Position numbers and translations under genes: made by a program. This document shows, piece by piece, positions 1 to 9,934 of a DNA stretch of 64,000 bases. Source of the DNA: Thermodesulfobacteriota bacterium (lineage in GTDB: Bacteria > Desulfobacterota > Desulfobacteria > Desulfobacterales > SURF-7); assembly GCA_049320885.1 (NCBI GenBank), contig JBMORA010000013.1, forward strand, positions 64,001 to 128,000, given 5' to 3'. Numbering within the stretch: position 1 is the stretch's first letter; the number at the start of each line of letters is the position of its first letter. The notes under the pieces were generated by a model. That model was not told the DNA's origin and did no database searches. It saw only the letters and a program-made list of their open reading frames with translations.

Positions 1-395
1 GCGATGGAACGGAAGCCGTCCGTGGTGTGCTTCAGGGAATCGATCACATATACAAAGATATCGTTCCATTCCGAAAATTCAGACTCCGCAATGGTTTCGA
101 TCATCGCTTCCCCTGTCAGGGTTTTATCTGCCAATCGGGACCTCGCGGTTCGCAGCGGTTCCTCAATCTTCTGCTTGATGGGGTCGTCCACTTCCAGGCA
201 ATATTCAGCGGCAGGCAGCTGGTGCGTTTCCCGCACGGCTTTTTCCAGCATGCGGAGATGCCAGGCTTCATCATCTGCCAGCTGAAGCAGAAAATTCTTC
301 ATCGAGCCATCACCTTCCAGAAAGGCGGCTGCCTCCCGGTATATTTCCGATGCGGACCTTTCAATGGTGAGCAACCATTGCACCGTGCTCTTCAT
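1..395 (-). CDS. Ferritin/rubrerythrin-like domain protein (partial, runs off the window)
   Basis: Not in the ORF track; translated by hand: ATG at 395 after GGAGG gives MKSTVQWLLTIERSASEIYREAA...LADDEAWHLRML..., with a rubrerythrin-like E..Y / DExxH pattern; open to position 1. Confidence 0.6.
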   Translation of the reverse strand, partial: MKSTVQWLLTIERSASEIYREAAAFLEGDGSMKNFLLQLADDEAWHLRMLEKAVRETHQLPAAEYCLEVDDPIKQKIEEPLRTARSRLADKTLTGEAMIETIAESEFSEWNDIFVYVIDSLKHTTDGFRSI

Positions 396-646
396 GGCCG
401 GCCTCCCTGAACTCCCTGAGCGTCGACTCACACCGGGAACGTCGCTCCAGAAGGAGGGTCGATTTCCGGATTCATTTGTTTCAAGGTAGGCACCGCCCAT
501 GAATTGTCAATCCATGGGTTTGGCAGCAGCGGTTGTTCAAGGTTCCGGTAGGTGATTGCAGAAACGGCTGGATTGCCGGATCGATTTGTGGCACATTCCG
601 TTCAGACTGACGGACCTTTTCTCCCAAGAAAGGATGCAGGCGCCAT

Positions 647-1561
647 ATGCTGAATCTCTCCACATCCTGGACTTCCCAATCCTGTGGAAGCGGGGACGAA
701 TTGATAAAACGGTTGCGCGCTTTTGATGTCTCCGGGATCGAACTCGAATATCGCCTCCGGCCGGCTGTGGTCGAGTCCATGCGCCCAGCCTTGAGAAATC
801 ATTCCCCTGCCGTTCACAGCATCCATAATTATTTCCCGGCGCCGCCCGAGGAAACCGGCCTGCGGCCCGGGGGGGATATTTTCCGGCTTTCCCATCCGGA
901 CCCGGAGGAACGCCGGAACGCCGTGACCTGGACAGCCCGCAGCATGGAACAGGCCGATGATCTGGAAGCCGGGGTGCTGGTGCTGCATTGCGGATATGTG
1001 GAAATGCCCCATGGATCGAAACAATTGCATGATTTCTATCGAACCGGCCGGCTTGCTTCGGAAACGGCGCAGGCATTTCTCCGGGACCGGATTGCCGAAA
1101 AAGAACGCTTGAAGCCACCGTATCTTGATGGTCTGCTGATGAGCCTGGACCGCCTGATCCCCCTTGCCCTGAAGCGGAATCTGGTATTGGGACTCGAAAA
1201 CCGCTTTGATCATCATGAGTTGCCGGGACCCGACGATTTCGATTCGATTTTCAGGGAATTCAAGGGCGCCCCCATCGGTTACTGGCATGACTGCGGTCAT
1301 GCCCACGCCGCGGAGATCCTGGGATTGGTCGAGCCGTCGGGCCTGTTACAGCGCTACGGCGACCATCTGGTCGGCGTCCACCTGCATGACGCCCTTGGCC
1401 TGGATGACCATCTGGTCCCGGGCCGGGGGGAAATCGACTTTACGCTTCTGAAGCCCTATCTCAAAAACGACATACCTCTGGTGCTCGAACTCAAGCCCGG
1501 CACCACCGATGCGGAGGTGGTCGAAGGCATCCGTTATCTACGGACGGTGCTGGCGGTGTAA
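647..1561 (+). CDS. Sugar phosphate isomerase/epimerase family (xylose-isomerase-like TIM barrel)
   Basis: Motifs SIHNYFP, LVLHCG, LGLENR, WHDCGH, VHLHDA..DDHL.PG.GEIDF, LELKP. Confidence 0.8.
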   Translation: MLNLSTSWTSQSCGSGDELIKRLRAFDVSGIELEYRLRPAVVESMRPALRNHSPAVHSIHNYFPAPPEETGLRPGGDIFRLSHPDPEERRNAVTWTARSMEQADDLEAGVLVLHCGYVEMPHGSKQLHDFYRTGRLASETAQAFLRDRIAEKERLKPPYLDGLLMSLDRLIPLALKRNLVLGLENRFDHHELPGPDDFDSIFREFKGAPIGYWHDCGHAHAAEILGLVEPSGLLQRYGDHLVGVHLHDALGLDDHLVPGRGEIDFTLLKPYLKNDIPLVLELKPGTTDAEVVEGIRYLRTVLAV

Positions 1562-3333
1562 CTCATCCGGATTTGCGGCAACGCCCTTTGTTCATGACCG
1601 TCGGTCCCGCCTGATCGCTTCAATTGAAAACCGCCTAAAAGCGCACGCATCTTGGCGGCCTGGGCGGAAAGCTCCTCTGACGCAGCCGAGGTTTCCTCGG
1701 CGTTGGCCGTGTTTTGCTGCGTAACGCCGTCGATCTGGGAAAGTCCCTGGTTGACCTGGGTGATACCCTGGGCCTGTTCGCTGCTGGCGGCCGCGATTTC
1801 TCCCACCAGATCGGAAGCACGGGCGATCCCCTCCTGGATGGCTGCCAGCGCCGCGCCTGTTTTTTCCATGATATCGCTGCCGTTATCGACGTTCGCAATC
1901 GCCGTTTCAATCAACGCCGCGGTTTCCTGGGCCGCTTTGGCGCTTCTGGCCGCGAGTGTCCGGACTTCCTGGGCCACAACGGCGAAGCCTTTGCCGTGTT
2001 TTCCAGCCCGCGCCGCCTCCACGGCGGCGTTCAAGGCGAGGAGATTGGTCTGGAAGGCGATGTCGTCGATGGTCTTGATGATTTTCGAGATTTCCTTGCT
2101 GGAGGCAGTGATGGCGTCCATGGCCCGTCTCATCTCTTCCATCCGGCGAACCCCGGTGGCGGAATCATCCTTCGCCGAAGCGGCAAGCTGATTCGCCTGG
2201 ACGGCGTTCTCCGCGTTGGTTTTGGTTTGTGTGCCGATTTCAGCCATGGAGCTGGTAATTTCCTCCAGAGAGGAGGCCTGCTCGGTGGCGCCCTGGGAAA
2301 GGGATTGACTGGAGCCGGAAACCTGATTGGAGCCCTCATCGACTTGCTGGGCGGCAAGATAGAGGTCGCCGATCACCTGGTTCAAGCTGGCGACCATATG
2401 GCTCAATGCCGCCCCCAATTGATCGGCATCGGATTTCGTATCCACTTCAATATTGAGATTTCCCCTGGCGATTTCAGAGGCAGCGACGGCTTTTTCCTTC
2501 ATGTATTCGATCAGCTGGGAGAAGGCTCGGCCCGTGTCGCCCAGTTCGTCCCCCCGGGAATTGATGCCGGCGATTGCCTCCATGTCCATTCCTGCAAGGG
2601 CGATATCCCCCATCGAAAACCGCCGCGCCCCTTCGGCGACCATGCGGATGGGTGCGATGATGGAGCGGCTCAGAAGCCATACAATCAGTACGGCGGCAAA
2701 GAGACTGATGCCGGCGACAATGACCAGGATCATCACCATTCGTCGGTAGATGGGTCCGGTGGAACGATAGGCGTCATCGGCCATTTTTCCGCTGATCTCA
2801 ATGAGCTGATCCAGATGTGCGCGCATCGCATCGAATTTTTCCTTGGCCTGGCCCAGCGACAGATCCAGGGCCACCCGCCTGCCATCGCGGGTGTCCGCCA
2901 TTCGTCCGTCCACGATCTGCCGGGAAACGGCCGCCCACTCTTCCCGCGCTTTCTCATATGCGGGAATAACGGCTTTTTCTTCCACGCTGACAGCCAAGGT
3001 TTTATAATTTTCCCAGCGCTGCCGGGCCTGCCTCAGGTTTTCTTCATAATCGGCAGCCAGTTTTTTGAACCCGTCCGTTCCGGTGCTGGCGAAAATCATG
3101 GACCGTTCGGCCACCAACAGCTGTTGCAGATCCCGGTCCGCCTGAACCAGATAATCGATGGCCGGCATATGAACGGTGGCGATGTCGTCCAGTTCAAACT
3201 TGATGGCGCGGATACTCGTGTAACCGGTGATGCCGATAACGGCCAGGAAAAGAATCATGACGCCGAAAGCGAGGGTGAATTTGGCGCTGACCTTTAGATT
3301 ACGGAAACGGTTCACCTTGTCCTCCCCTGTCAT
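1534..3333 (-). CDS. Methyl-accepting chemotaxis protein (periplasmic four-helix sensor, HAMP, signalling domain)
   Basis: Two TM segments; [45 protein letters not shown]. Confidence 0.95.
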   Translation of the reverse strand: MTGEDKVNRFRNLKVSAKFTLAFGVMILFLAVIGITGYTSIRAIKFELDDIATVHMPAIDYLVQADRDLQQLLVAERSMIFASTGTDGFKKLAADYEENLRQARQRWENYKTLAVSVEEKAVIPAYEKAREEWAAVSRQIVDGRMADTRDGRRVALDLSLGQAKEKFDAMRAHLDQLIEISGKMADDAYRSTGPIYRRMVMILVIVAGISLFAAVLIVWLLSRSIIAPIRMVAEGARRFSMGDIALAGMDMEAIAGINSRGDELGDTGRAFSQLIEYMKEKAVAASEIARGNLNIEVDTKSDADQLGAALSHMVASLNQVIGDLYLAAQQVDEGSNQVSGSSQSLSQGATEQASSLEEITSSMAEIGTQTKTNAENAVQANQLAASAKDDSATGVRRMEEMRRAMDAITASSKEISKIIKTIDDIAFQTNLLALNAAVEAARAGKHGKGFAVVAQEVRTLAARSAKAAQETAALIETAIANVDNGSDIMEKTGAALAAIQEGIARASDLVGEIAAASSEQAQGITQVNQGLSQIDGVTQQNTANAEETSAASEELSAQAAKMRALLGGFQLKRSGGTDGHEQRALPQIRMSYTASTVRR

Positions 3334-3417
3334 ACCGTCTCTCCATGCCAGACAAGACGGGGCATACGGGAATAATCCCTGATCGATGACCGGCTGGATG
3401 AAAGGATAAGGATACGG

Positions 3418-3981
3418 TTACTGAACCTTATCGATATCGATGCCGAAGGTGATGGCGCCGACGGCTTTATCGGCGTCCATCACCGGAACCGAAATCTGGA
3501 CCAGATAGGCCTGGGAACTGTCATCGAACTCCACCTCGTCGACAAACACCGCGCCCTGACCTTTATTGAACGATTTTTGGAACTTGTCTTCATCTCCCTG
3601 CCAGTAGTCGGACGTCTTGTCGGTCATGGCCACATTGGCGCCCTGGTTGTCCATTACAAAAATTTCAGCGTAGTACGGAGCGCTCTTCTGAATCGTTCCC
3701 AGGTATTTGCCGCATTCGGAATCCATGAGGGCCTTCATGTAGTCGGCGATCCCGGCCTGGTCCGTCCATTTGGCATCCATGGCCTTGATCTGATCCAGTG
3801 TCTGCCCCTTGGCGTTGGCCTCCTGCACGGCCTTCACAACAATCGGATCAAGGCCTAGTTTCGCCAGGGAGGTGTTGGCGAGATCGACCACTTTTTGGGG
3901 CGCTTTTTCCCCGCTCCAGACCATACCGGAAAAACCGAATACAAACAGGCAAAGGGAAACAACGGCAATGATTCTTTTCAT
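3418..3981 (-). CDS. Secreted stand-alone PDC/Cache-like sensor domain protein
   Basis: AGGAGG RBS, signal peptide MKRIIAVVSLCLFVF, EIFVMDNQGANVA..KTSDYWQGDEDKF..VQISVPV..GAITFGI. Confidence 0.75.
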   Translation of the reverse strand: MKRIIAVVSLCLFVFGFSGMVWSGEKAPQKVVDLANTSLAKLGLDPIVVKAVQEANAKGQTLDQIKAMDAKWTDQAGIADYMKALMDSECGKYLGTIQKSAPYYAEIFVMDNQGANVAMTDKTSDYWQGDEDKFQKSFNKGQGAVFVDEVEFDDSSQAYLVQISVPVMDADKAVGAITFGIDIDKVQ

Positions 3982-4151
3982 GGACAGCCTCCTTTTCGAT
4001 AATAGGGTGATTACGCGCCGGCACTGCGGCTTGAAGCGAAACAATATCAAACAGAATATGGTTGTGATTTCGGGAAATCGGCTGCCGCCCGCCCCGCATG
4101 CTGGGGCACGGCGCTCGTGAGAATCGTGAAATGCTGTTATCGTGTCATTTC

Positions 4152-4180
4152 AGTATATTTAATTGATATCAGGCTGTCAA
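4152..4180 (-). promoter_or_regulatory. Sigma70-type promoter for the Cache-MCP pair
   Basis: Minus strand reads TTGACA-N17-TATACT. Confidence 0.7.
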
Positions 4181-4220
4181 TAAGAATCTGCGCTGACAAG
4201 ATGGGAGGCGGATCCCGGAA

Positions 4221-5456
4221 TCAAAAGGAAACGGAAAACACACTGCGGTCCAGGCACCAGTAGGGCACCGCCTGACCGGCGGAAAGCGTCGTCACCCCTT
4301 CCGGAATTTCCACCAGGGCCTGGGTCCGAAACATGCCCGTCAGCCGGCTTTTCAGTTTCTCTGGCCGCAGAAGCGCCCTGTCTTCCTGTAAAATGATCCG
4401 ACACTGGACGAACTGGGTCCAGTCGGCCTGGCCATTGACGGGTGTTTCCAGCGCGCCGGTCAATCGCAGGTAGGGAAAGCGGGAATGACCGGCCATTTTC
4501 AGGATACCGGGCAGGGCGATCATCAGGAAGGCCATTTCGTTCGAGGTCGGCCCACCGGGAAGACAGAACACCGGCTTGCCGTCCAGGATAGCCAGGCCCA
4601 CCGCTTTTCCAGGTCCCATTCGGACCCGGTGAAAAATCTGCTCGGCGCCCATGGCCGCCAGCACCTTGACGATCAGATCCCGGTCGCCCTTCCAGGCGCC
4701 GCCGGAAGTCACCACGACATCGCTGCGGGAGAGGAGGTCGGCAACGGCCGTCTGGATGGCGCCACCGTCATCAGCGGCATGCAACAGGTTTGTCTCCAGC
4801 TTTTTGGTACGCAGCCAGGCTTCCTGGAGGGCGACATTGCTGGCGAAGAGCTTTCCCTTTTCCAGAATCCGGCCGGGCAGAAGCACCTCGCTGCCGGTGG
4901 CCAGAAGGCCAACCCGCGGATGGGTGAAAACCGGCACGGCGGCGATCCCGCCGGCCACCAGCAGACTGGTCAGGGGAGGCGTGATCACCATGCCCGCATC
5001 GGCCAGTATTTCGCCGGACTTGACATCGGCGCCCTGGGGCAAAATATTTCTCCCTTTGGACGCATCGGCCAGCGCCAATACGGTGTCGCCCTCCGTCCGG
5101 GCGAATTCTTCCGCCAGCACCGCATCGGCCCCGTCCGGAATCGGCGCTCCGCTGAGAATCCGCAGGGCGTTTCCGGGAAGAACCTTCCGGGCGGAGCATT
5201 CTCCAGCAGCCACCCGACCCGACAATGCCAGCCTGACCGGAGCGGTTTCAGAGGCCGTTGTCAGATCCCTGCTGAACACGGCGAATCCGTCCTTGATGGA
5301 GGCGTCCACGGAAGGAGAGTCCACCATGGAATATACCGGTTCCGCGCAAATCCTGCCGGCCGCCTGGAGTATCGGGAGGATTTCCTTACGCGGCGCAGGC
5401 ATGTGCGTAAGGGTCAGCCGAAGGGCCTGTTGAAAGCCGATATCGTATCGTTTCAT
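4221..5456 (-). CDS. moeA: Molybdopterin molybdenumtransferase MoeA
   Basis: SPSVDASIKDGFAV, ILSGAPIPDGADAV, ATGSEV, TSGG..GDRD, MGPGK, LPGGP. Confidence 0.85.
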   Translation of the reverse strand: MKRYDIGFQQALRLTLTHMPAPRKEILPILQAAGRICAEPVYSMVDSPSVDASIKDGFAVFSRDLTTASETAPVRLALSGRVAAGECSARKVLPGNALRILSGAPIPDGADAVLAEEFARTEGDTVLALADASKGRNILPQGADVKSGEILADAGMVITPPLTSLLVAGGIAAVPVFTHPRVGLLATGSEVLLPGRILEKGKLFASNVALQEAWLRTKKLETNLLHAADDGGAIQTAVADLLSRSDVVVTSGGAWKGDRDLIVKVLAAMGAEQIFHRVRMGPGKAVGLAILDGKPVFCLPGGPTSNEMAFLMIALPGILKMAGHSRFPYLRLTGALETPVNGQADWTQFVQCRIILQEDRALLRPEKLKSRLTGMFRTQALVEIPEGVTTLSAGQAVPYWCLDRSVFSVSF

Positions 5457-6163
5457 TCCGCCTCCTCGAAAATTTTCTGGATCATGCGGAGATGAAGAAT
5501 CGGCAGCAGTTTATTGATCACGCCGATGGCGTCCCTGGCCAGCTTCGAGGCCGTGTCCCGGTCGATTCCTTTTCCGGCGATCCGCTTGCTGAACAGCTCC
5601 ACTTCCTTGCGGGCCAGGAATTCGATCAGATCCAGATGGACCCGTAAATGTTCCACCTGGAAATTCAAGTCCTGGCTCAGACCGACCTTTCGCAGTTCCG
5701 CCACGATTTCGGTCAGGCGGATACACTCCCCATCGAAACGGCCTTCCGGACCGGGCAGGATCATTTCCAGCCGCACCATGTCCGCGATTTCCTCCGGAGT
5801 CAAACCCGTATGGTGCGACAGCTCCTCGGCGCTCATGGACGGGGGTTTGCCGTTGGAATGGCCGTTCTCGAAAAGCGGCTTGTCGATCTCCCGGACAAGG
5901 GCCCTGGAATCCCCGCCGTTTGAAAAATCCATATCCGCCAGCAAGGTTTTGATGATATCCAGCGGCAGAAAACGCGTTTTTTGCAATTCCTTGATCACCC
6001 GGATACGCTCAATATAGCTTTCGTCGTAATAGGCCATATTCTTATGGGTTTTCACCGGATGGGGCAGCACTCCCTGATGGATGTAGTAGCGGATGGTGCC
6101 ACCGCTGACCCCGGTGATCTCCGCGAGCTCTTTCATCTTCAACAATTTTTGCTTTTTCATCAC
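5453..6163 (-). CDS. MerR-family transcriptional regulator
   Basis: N-terminal HTH MKELAEITGVSGGTIRYYIHQGVL..YYDESYIERIRVIKELQ..LPLDII; 4-bp overlap with moeA. Confidence 0.9.
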   Translation of the reverse strand: MMKKQKLLKMKELAEITGVSGGTIRYYIHQGVLPHPVKTHKNMAYYDESYIERIRVIKELQKTRFLPLDIIKTLLADMDFSNGGDSRALVREIDKPLFENGHSNGKPPSMSAEELSHHTGLTPEEIADMVRLEMILPGPEGRFDGECIRLTEIVAELRKVGLSQDLNFQVEHLRVHLDLIEFLARKEVELFSKRIAGKGIDRDTASKLARDAIGVINKLLPILHLRMIQKIFEEAE

Positions 6164-6181
6164 AGGCGTTTTGTTTGATGG

Positions 6182-7207
6182 CTATTTGCCGAACGGACAG
6201 ACCGGAAAACGGCATTCCGGGCAGTCCAGACATAACCCGCCGTGTCCCATAACGGCGAGTTCCGTCCGATCGACGGTTTCACCTGCCAGGATCCTCGGCA
6301 GGATCAGATCCAGCACGGTGGTTTTGTGGTAGATGCCGCAGGCGGGAACCCCCAGGACAGGAACGTCGCCGATATAGGCCAGCATGAACATGGCTCCGGG
6401 CAGTATCGGCGCTCCATACAACAATCGCCGGCCGCCGGCCTGCTGAACGGCCGCGCGGGTAACATCGTCCGGATCCACGGACATGCCTCCGGTGGTCAGA
6501 ATCAAATCCAGCTCGTCCTCAATGAAGGACAAGAGTCGTTTCCGGATGACCGCCGTGTCGTCCGTTACGATTTCAACCCGCAACACCCGGGCTCCGAGAT
6601 CGGTGAGCTTGCTTCTCAGGATCCCTTCGAAACGATCCGGAATCAAGCCCTCGGCGATTTCGCTTCCGGTGATCAGAATCCCCACCCGGGCCTTCCGGAG
6701 GGGCTTTATCGCCAGCAGCCCGGAGCAGTCCCCGGCGATATCCACGGCCTGTTCCACGATCTCCTTGCGAATCAGGAGCGGAATGGCGCGGGTGGCGGCG
6801 ATGATATCACCCTTGTGCACCACGGTGCCATGGTGTCGGGTGGCGCACATGACCTCGCCGAGCAGGTTGATGCGGGTCAGGGCGTCAATCTGGACGGCTA
6901 ACAGGCCGTCCTCCAAGGCGCAAAGCTTCAGCTTGCCCTCCACCGGCTCTCCATTCCAACCGACGCCGTCGCCGCAGAAGGCTTCGGCCATGACCATCAC
7001 CGCATTGTCCTCATGCAGGTAATCGTCCGGCTGATCGATGACAAAAATATGGCGCTTGCCGAGCCGTTGCAGGTGGCACAGATCGTCGTCGCAGATGCGA
7101 TGACCTTTTTTGAAGGCCCGGCCTTTGAATTCGCCGGGTCTGATTTCCGTGATATCATGAGCCAGAATGTGGCCCACGGCTTCCTCGGTTCTGATGGTTT
7201 TCAGCAT
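6182..7207 (-). CDS. MoeA-like molybdopterin-binding protein with Cys-rich C-terminus
   Basis: AVGHILAHDITEI..KGRAFKKGH, TGSE, TGGMSVDPDDVT, YGAPILPG, GHGGLCLDCPECRFPVCPFGK; alternative TTG start at 7219. Confidence 0.8.
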   Translation of the reverse strand: MLKTIRTEEAVGHILAHDITEIRPGEFKGRAFKKGHRICDDDLCHLQRLGKRHIFVIDQPDDYLHEDNAVMVMAEAFCGDGVGWNGEPVEGKLKLCALEDGLLAVQIDALTRINLLGEVMCATRHHGTVVHKGDIIAATRAIPLLIRKEIVEQAVDIAGDCSGLLAIKPLRKARVGILITGSEIAEGLIPDRFEGILRSKLTDLGARVLRVEIVTDDTAVIRKRLLSFIEDELDLILTTGGMSVDPDDVTRAAVQQAGGRRLLYGAPILPGAMFMLAYIGDVPVLGVPACGIYHKTTVLDLILPRILAGETVDRTELAVMGHGGLCLDCPECRFPVCPFGK

Positions 7208-7301
7208 GGTTTCACTCAATCTGTTTCCGAACCGCTCAAGCGACCGCCCGGGAACCTTCCGTCTCCGGTGGTCGGCAACCCGTTCCCCGAGCGGTTACCG
7301 G

Positions 7302-9902
7302 TTACGGTTGTTCCACTGGTTCCGTCCGGCAGGGTTGATACCGAACCGTTGCCAGGGACGGGTCGTCCACTCCGTCAAAAATCAGTTCCTCGATATCCAC
7401 GCCGCCGGGGCCGCCCCAAAAGCATTGCAGGGCCTCGAAGGCCGGCTGTCCAGCCGGATTGGCGTTAAACAGCTGAAAGCCACTGTTGCCGTAGATATCA
7501 TTATATTCGAACACCATGGCGCCGTTCAAATAAATTCCGCCCACGCCATCATGGATCGCGGATTGATTGGCCACGACCCGGTTTCGGGTGAAGTTTTCAT
7601 TTTTAATACTGACTCCCCAAAAATTCAAGTAAGCGGCGCCACCATGTTTCCCGGATATCCGGTTGTCGCTGATCCGGTTGCGGTTCAGGGAGCTGTTGGC
7701 CTCGGCGAACACCCCGCCCCCCTGCTCCGCCCGGTTGGAAAAGATATCATTGTTTTCCACCAGTGCAAAGGTGGAAAATATGCCGCCGCCGTTTCCCCGG
7801 CACTGGTTGTTCTCAATCCGATTTTCCATCACGCCGGCCCTTGAGGCCCAGACGCCCCCGCCGTCGCCGCCGCCGCGGTTGTTTTCGATCCGGTTGTTCA
7901 GGATGTTGACGGCCGTATTGGAATGGTACCCATAGGCAAAAATGCCGGCGCCGTCCTCTTCGGCCTGGTTGTCCTCAATTGCATTTTCCTGGATTCGGAT
8001 CGGTCTGCTGCCATAGGCGTAAATCCCGCCGCCGTTGCTGGGACTCCGGTTCCGCATGATCCGGTTCTGGTGGATGGTGACGGCCGCGTTACGGATGGTG
8101 ATGCCGCTGCCAAGATTGTCGCGGATGAGGCACTGTTGAATCCGCGGCCCGGTTTCCTCCATGACGATTCCTCTGCCGTGTTCGATGATGCAATGCCGCA
8201 GAATTCCGCTTTGGTCGGCCGGCCGGTTTTCGCCGGCCGGATCGGAGGACGCCGCATCGGCGAGACTTTTCCGCTCGAAGAGCAGATGCCCCCAGGGCTG
8301 TTCGGACGAACCGGTAAAAAGGATCGGGCGTGACGCTTCTCCCTCGGCCTGCAGGACTCCTCGGGTTCGAATGATACTGCCCGGTGCAAGATGCAGAACG
8401 GCGCCGGGCAGAATTCTGACGGTTGCGTTTTCGGCGATGAACAGGTTGCCGGAAACGGTCAGCGGCCTTCCCGGGACCGACCCGATCACCTGGTCGGCGA
8501 CAATGGCGCCGGATAAAACCTCCGGTGATGGCGGCGGCAGCACTCGGTCGACCTGGGCCCCCCCGCCCGGGAGCGCCGGAGGCGCTTCGGTAATCCAGGC
8601 CATGGCCGGTGCCCGGCGATCCACCAGCCCGACGTTCGAATCCTTCAGCCAGTCGAAGATGAGGGCATCGATGATGGCCGGATCGGCGGTTCCCCAATAA
8701 TTTCCCATTGCGTTCAGATCCGTCGCCAGGCTATGCGTCTGGACCCTGACGGCATAACCGCCTGGAGCGATGATGTTGTTGCGCGTCAGCAGGGGATTGC
8801 CGGACACCGCTATGGTTTCTCCGGTTTGGGAATGGGGCGGGGTGTTACCCAGGAAGGTGTTGTTTTCAATGCAGCCTTCACCGAAATAAAACAGGCCGCT
8901 GCCTTTTCCCGGCGCCGCCTGATTGTCCGCTACGGTGTTGCCCTGGAGAATTCCTTTCTCCGCATACACCCCCCCGCCGCAATCCGCCCGGTTTTTTTGA
9001 ACCTGGTTGTTTTTCAAGGTGGAGCGCACGGCGTAAATCCCGCCCCCGCTATGATCGGCCTGGTTGTCGAACACCCGGTTGTCTTCAACCCGGCACGCAT
9101 AGGCTACCAAACCACCGCCGTAACGGTCGCTGCGGTTTTTTTCAATGAGATTGCGCCGGACGGCAACCGTGCCGGTATCATAGGCGAAGGCGAAAATGCC
9201 GCCGCCGCCGTCGCGCCCGCCGCTGGACTGATTGCCATACACGTGATTATCGGCGATCAGGAAGGACTTGTCGGTATAAACCATAATACCGGCTCCGTTG
9301 CCGGCGGCGGTATCCTGAACCGTGCTGTTGTCGCTGATCCGGTTCGCAATGATTTTTCCCGTACCGTATTCAATACGCACCGCCGAGGACACATGGTTGC
9401 GCAGGATGCAGTCCTCGATATGGACGGCGGCAGCCCGGATGGTGATTCCCCGGCCCCCTTCGATAATGCAATGCCGGAACAGATTGACGGGCAGGCTCCC
9501 GTCTTCCAGAAGCCAGCCGCCGAAGCAATCGAAATGATCCCAGGGTTCCCGGCCCAGCGGGCCGATACGAATCGGCTCCGCTGCCGTGCCTTCGGCGATG
9601 ATGCGCCCCTGGCTTCTGATCTGGACCCCGGGTGCCAGCAGCACCTGAACGCCGGGTTCGATGGTCAGGGTCACTTCCGGCAGGATGAAGATGTTCTCCA
9701 TGATCCGGCAGGGGCTGTTTCCCTTTTTCCAGACCGTATCGGAAACCAAAATGGTATTGAAACCGGGAATTTCGAGTGGCTGGACATGCTGCAATATCAA
9801 ACCGCGGCAGGCGGCGACCCCCAGAAGCAACAGGACGACGGGGATCACCCGGACCGCGGTCCGGCAAGGATTCCTGGTTGCATAGCGTCCGTATGACCGC
9901 AT
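7302..9902 (-). CDS. Right-handed parallel beta-helix repeat lipoprotein, internally duplicated
   Basis: Hydrophobic leader with lipobox-like VAAC; many N-x(n)-GGG(I/V) repeats; two homologous halves; start placed at MRSYGR because the longer ORF overlaps the cytochrome gene. Confidence 0.7.
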   Translation of the reverse strand: MRSYGRYATRNPCRTAVRVIPVVLLLLGVAACRGLILQHVQPLEIPGFNTILVSDTVWKKGNSPCRIMENIFILPEVTLTIEPGVQVLLAPGVQIRSQGRIIAEGTAAEPIRIGPLGREPWDHFDCFGGWLLEDGSLPVNLFRHCIIEGGRGITIRAAAVHIEDCILRNHVSSAVRIEYGTGKIIANRISDNSTVQDTAAGNGAGIMVYTDKSFLIADNHVYGNQSSGGRDGGGGIFAFAYDTGTVAVRRNLIEKNRSDRYGGGLVAYACRVEDNRVFDNQADHSGGGIYAVRSTLKNNQVQKNRADCGGGVYAEKGILQGNTVADNQAAPGKGSGLFYFGEGCIENNTFLGNTPPHSQTGETIAVSGNPLLTRNNIIAPGGYAVRVQTHSLATDLNAMGNYWGTADPAIIDALIFDWLKDSNVGLVDRRAPAMAWITEAPPALPGGGAQVDRVLPPPSPEVLSGAIVADQVIGSVPGRPLTVSGNLFIAENATVRILPGAVLHLAPGSIIRTRGVLQAEGEASRPILFTGSSEQPWGHLLFERKSLADAASSDPAGENRPADQSGILRHCIIEHGRGIVMEETGPRIQQCLIRDNLGSGITIRNAAVTIHQNRIMRNRSPSNGGGIYAYGSRPIRIQENAIEDNQAEEDGAGIFAYGYHSNTAVNILNNRIENNRGGGDGGGVWASRAGVMENRIENNQCRGNGGGIFSTFALVENNDIFSNRAEQGGGVFAEANSSLNRNRISDNRISGKHGGAAYLNFWGVSIKNENFTRNRVVANQSAIHDGVGGIYLNGAMVFEYNDIYGNSGFQLFNANPAGQPAFEALQCFWGGPGGVDIEELIFDGVDDPSLATVRYQPCRTEPVEQP

Positions 9903-9934
9903 GGCGGCACCTCGTTTGAAATGGGTTGACTGGT

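Noticed and set aside
4131..4149. Sigma54-like site TGACAC-N5-CAGCA on the minus strand
   Set aside because: It lacks the invariant GG, and a clear sigma70 promoter lies immediately upstream
6174..6188. TTTGATGGCTATTTG resembling the reverse complement of the 37.2-kb repeat unit
   Set aside because: A single short match overlapping a stop codon, without the companion motif; likely chance
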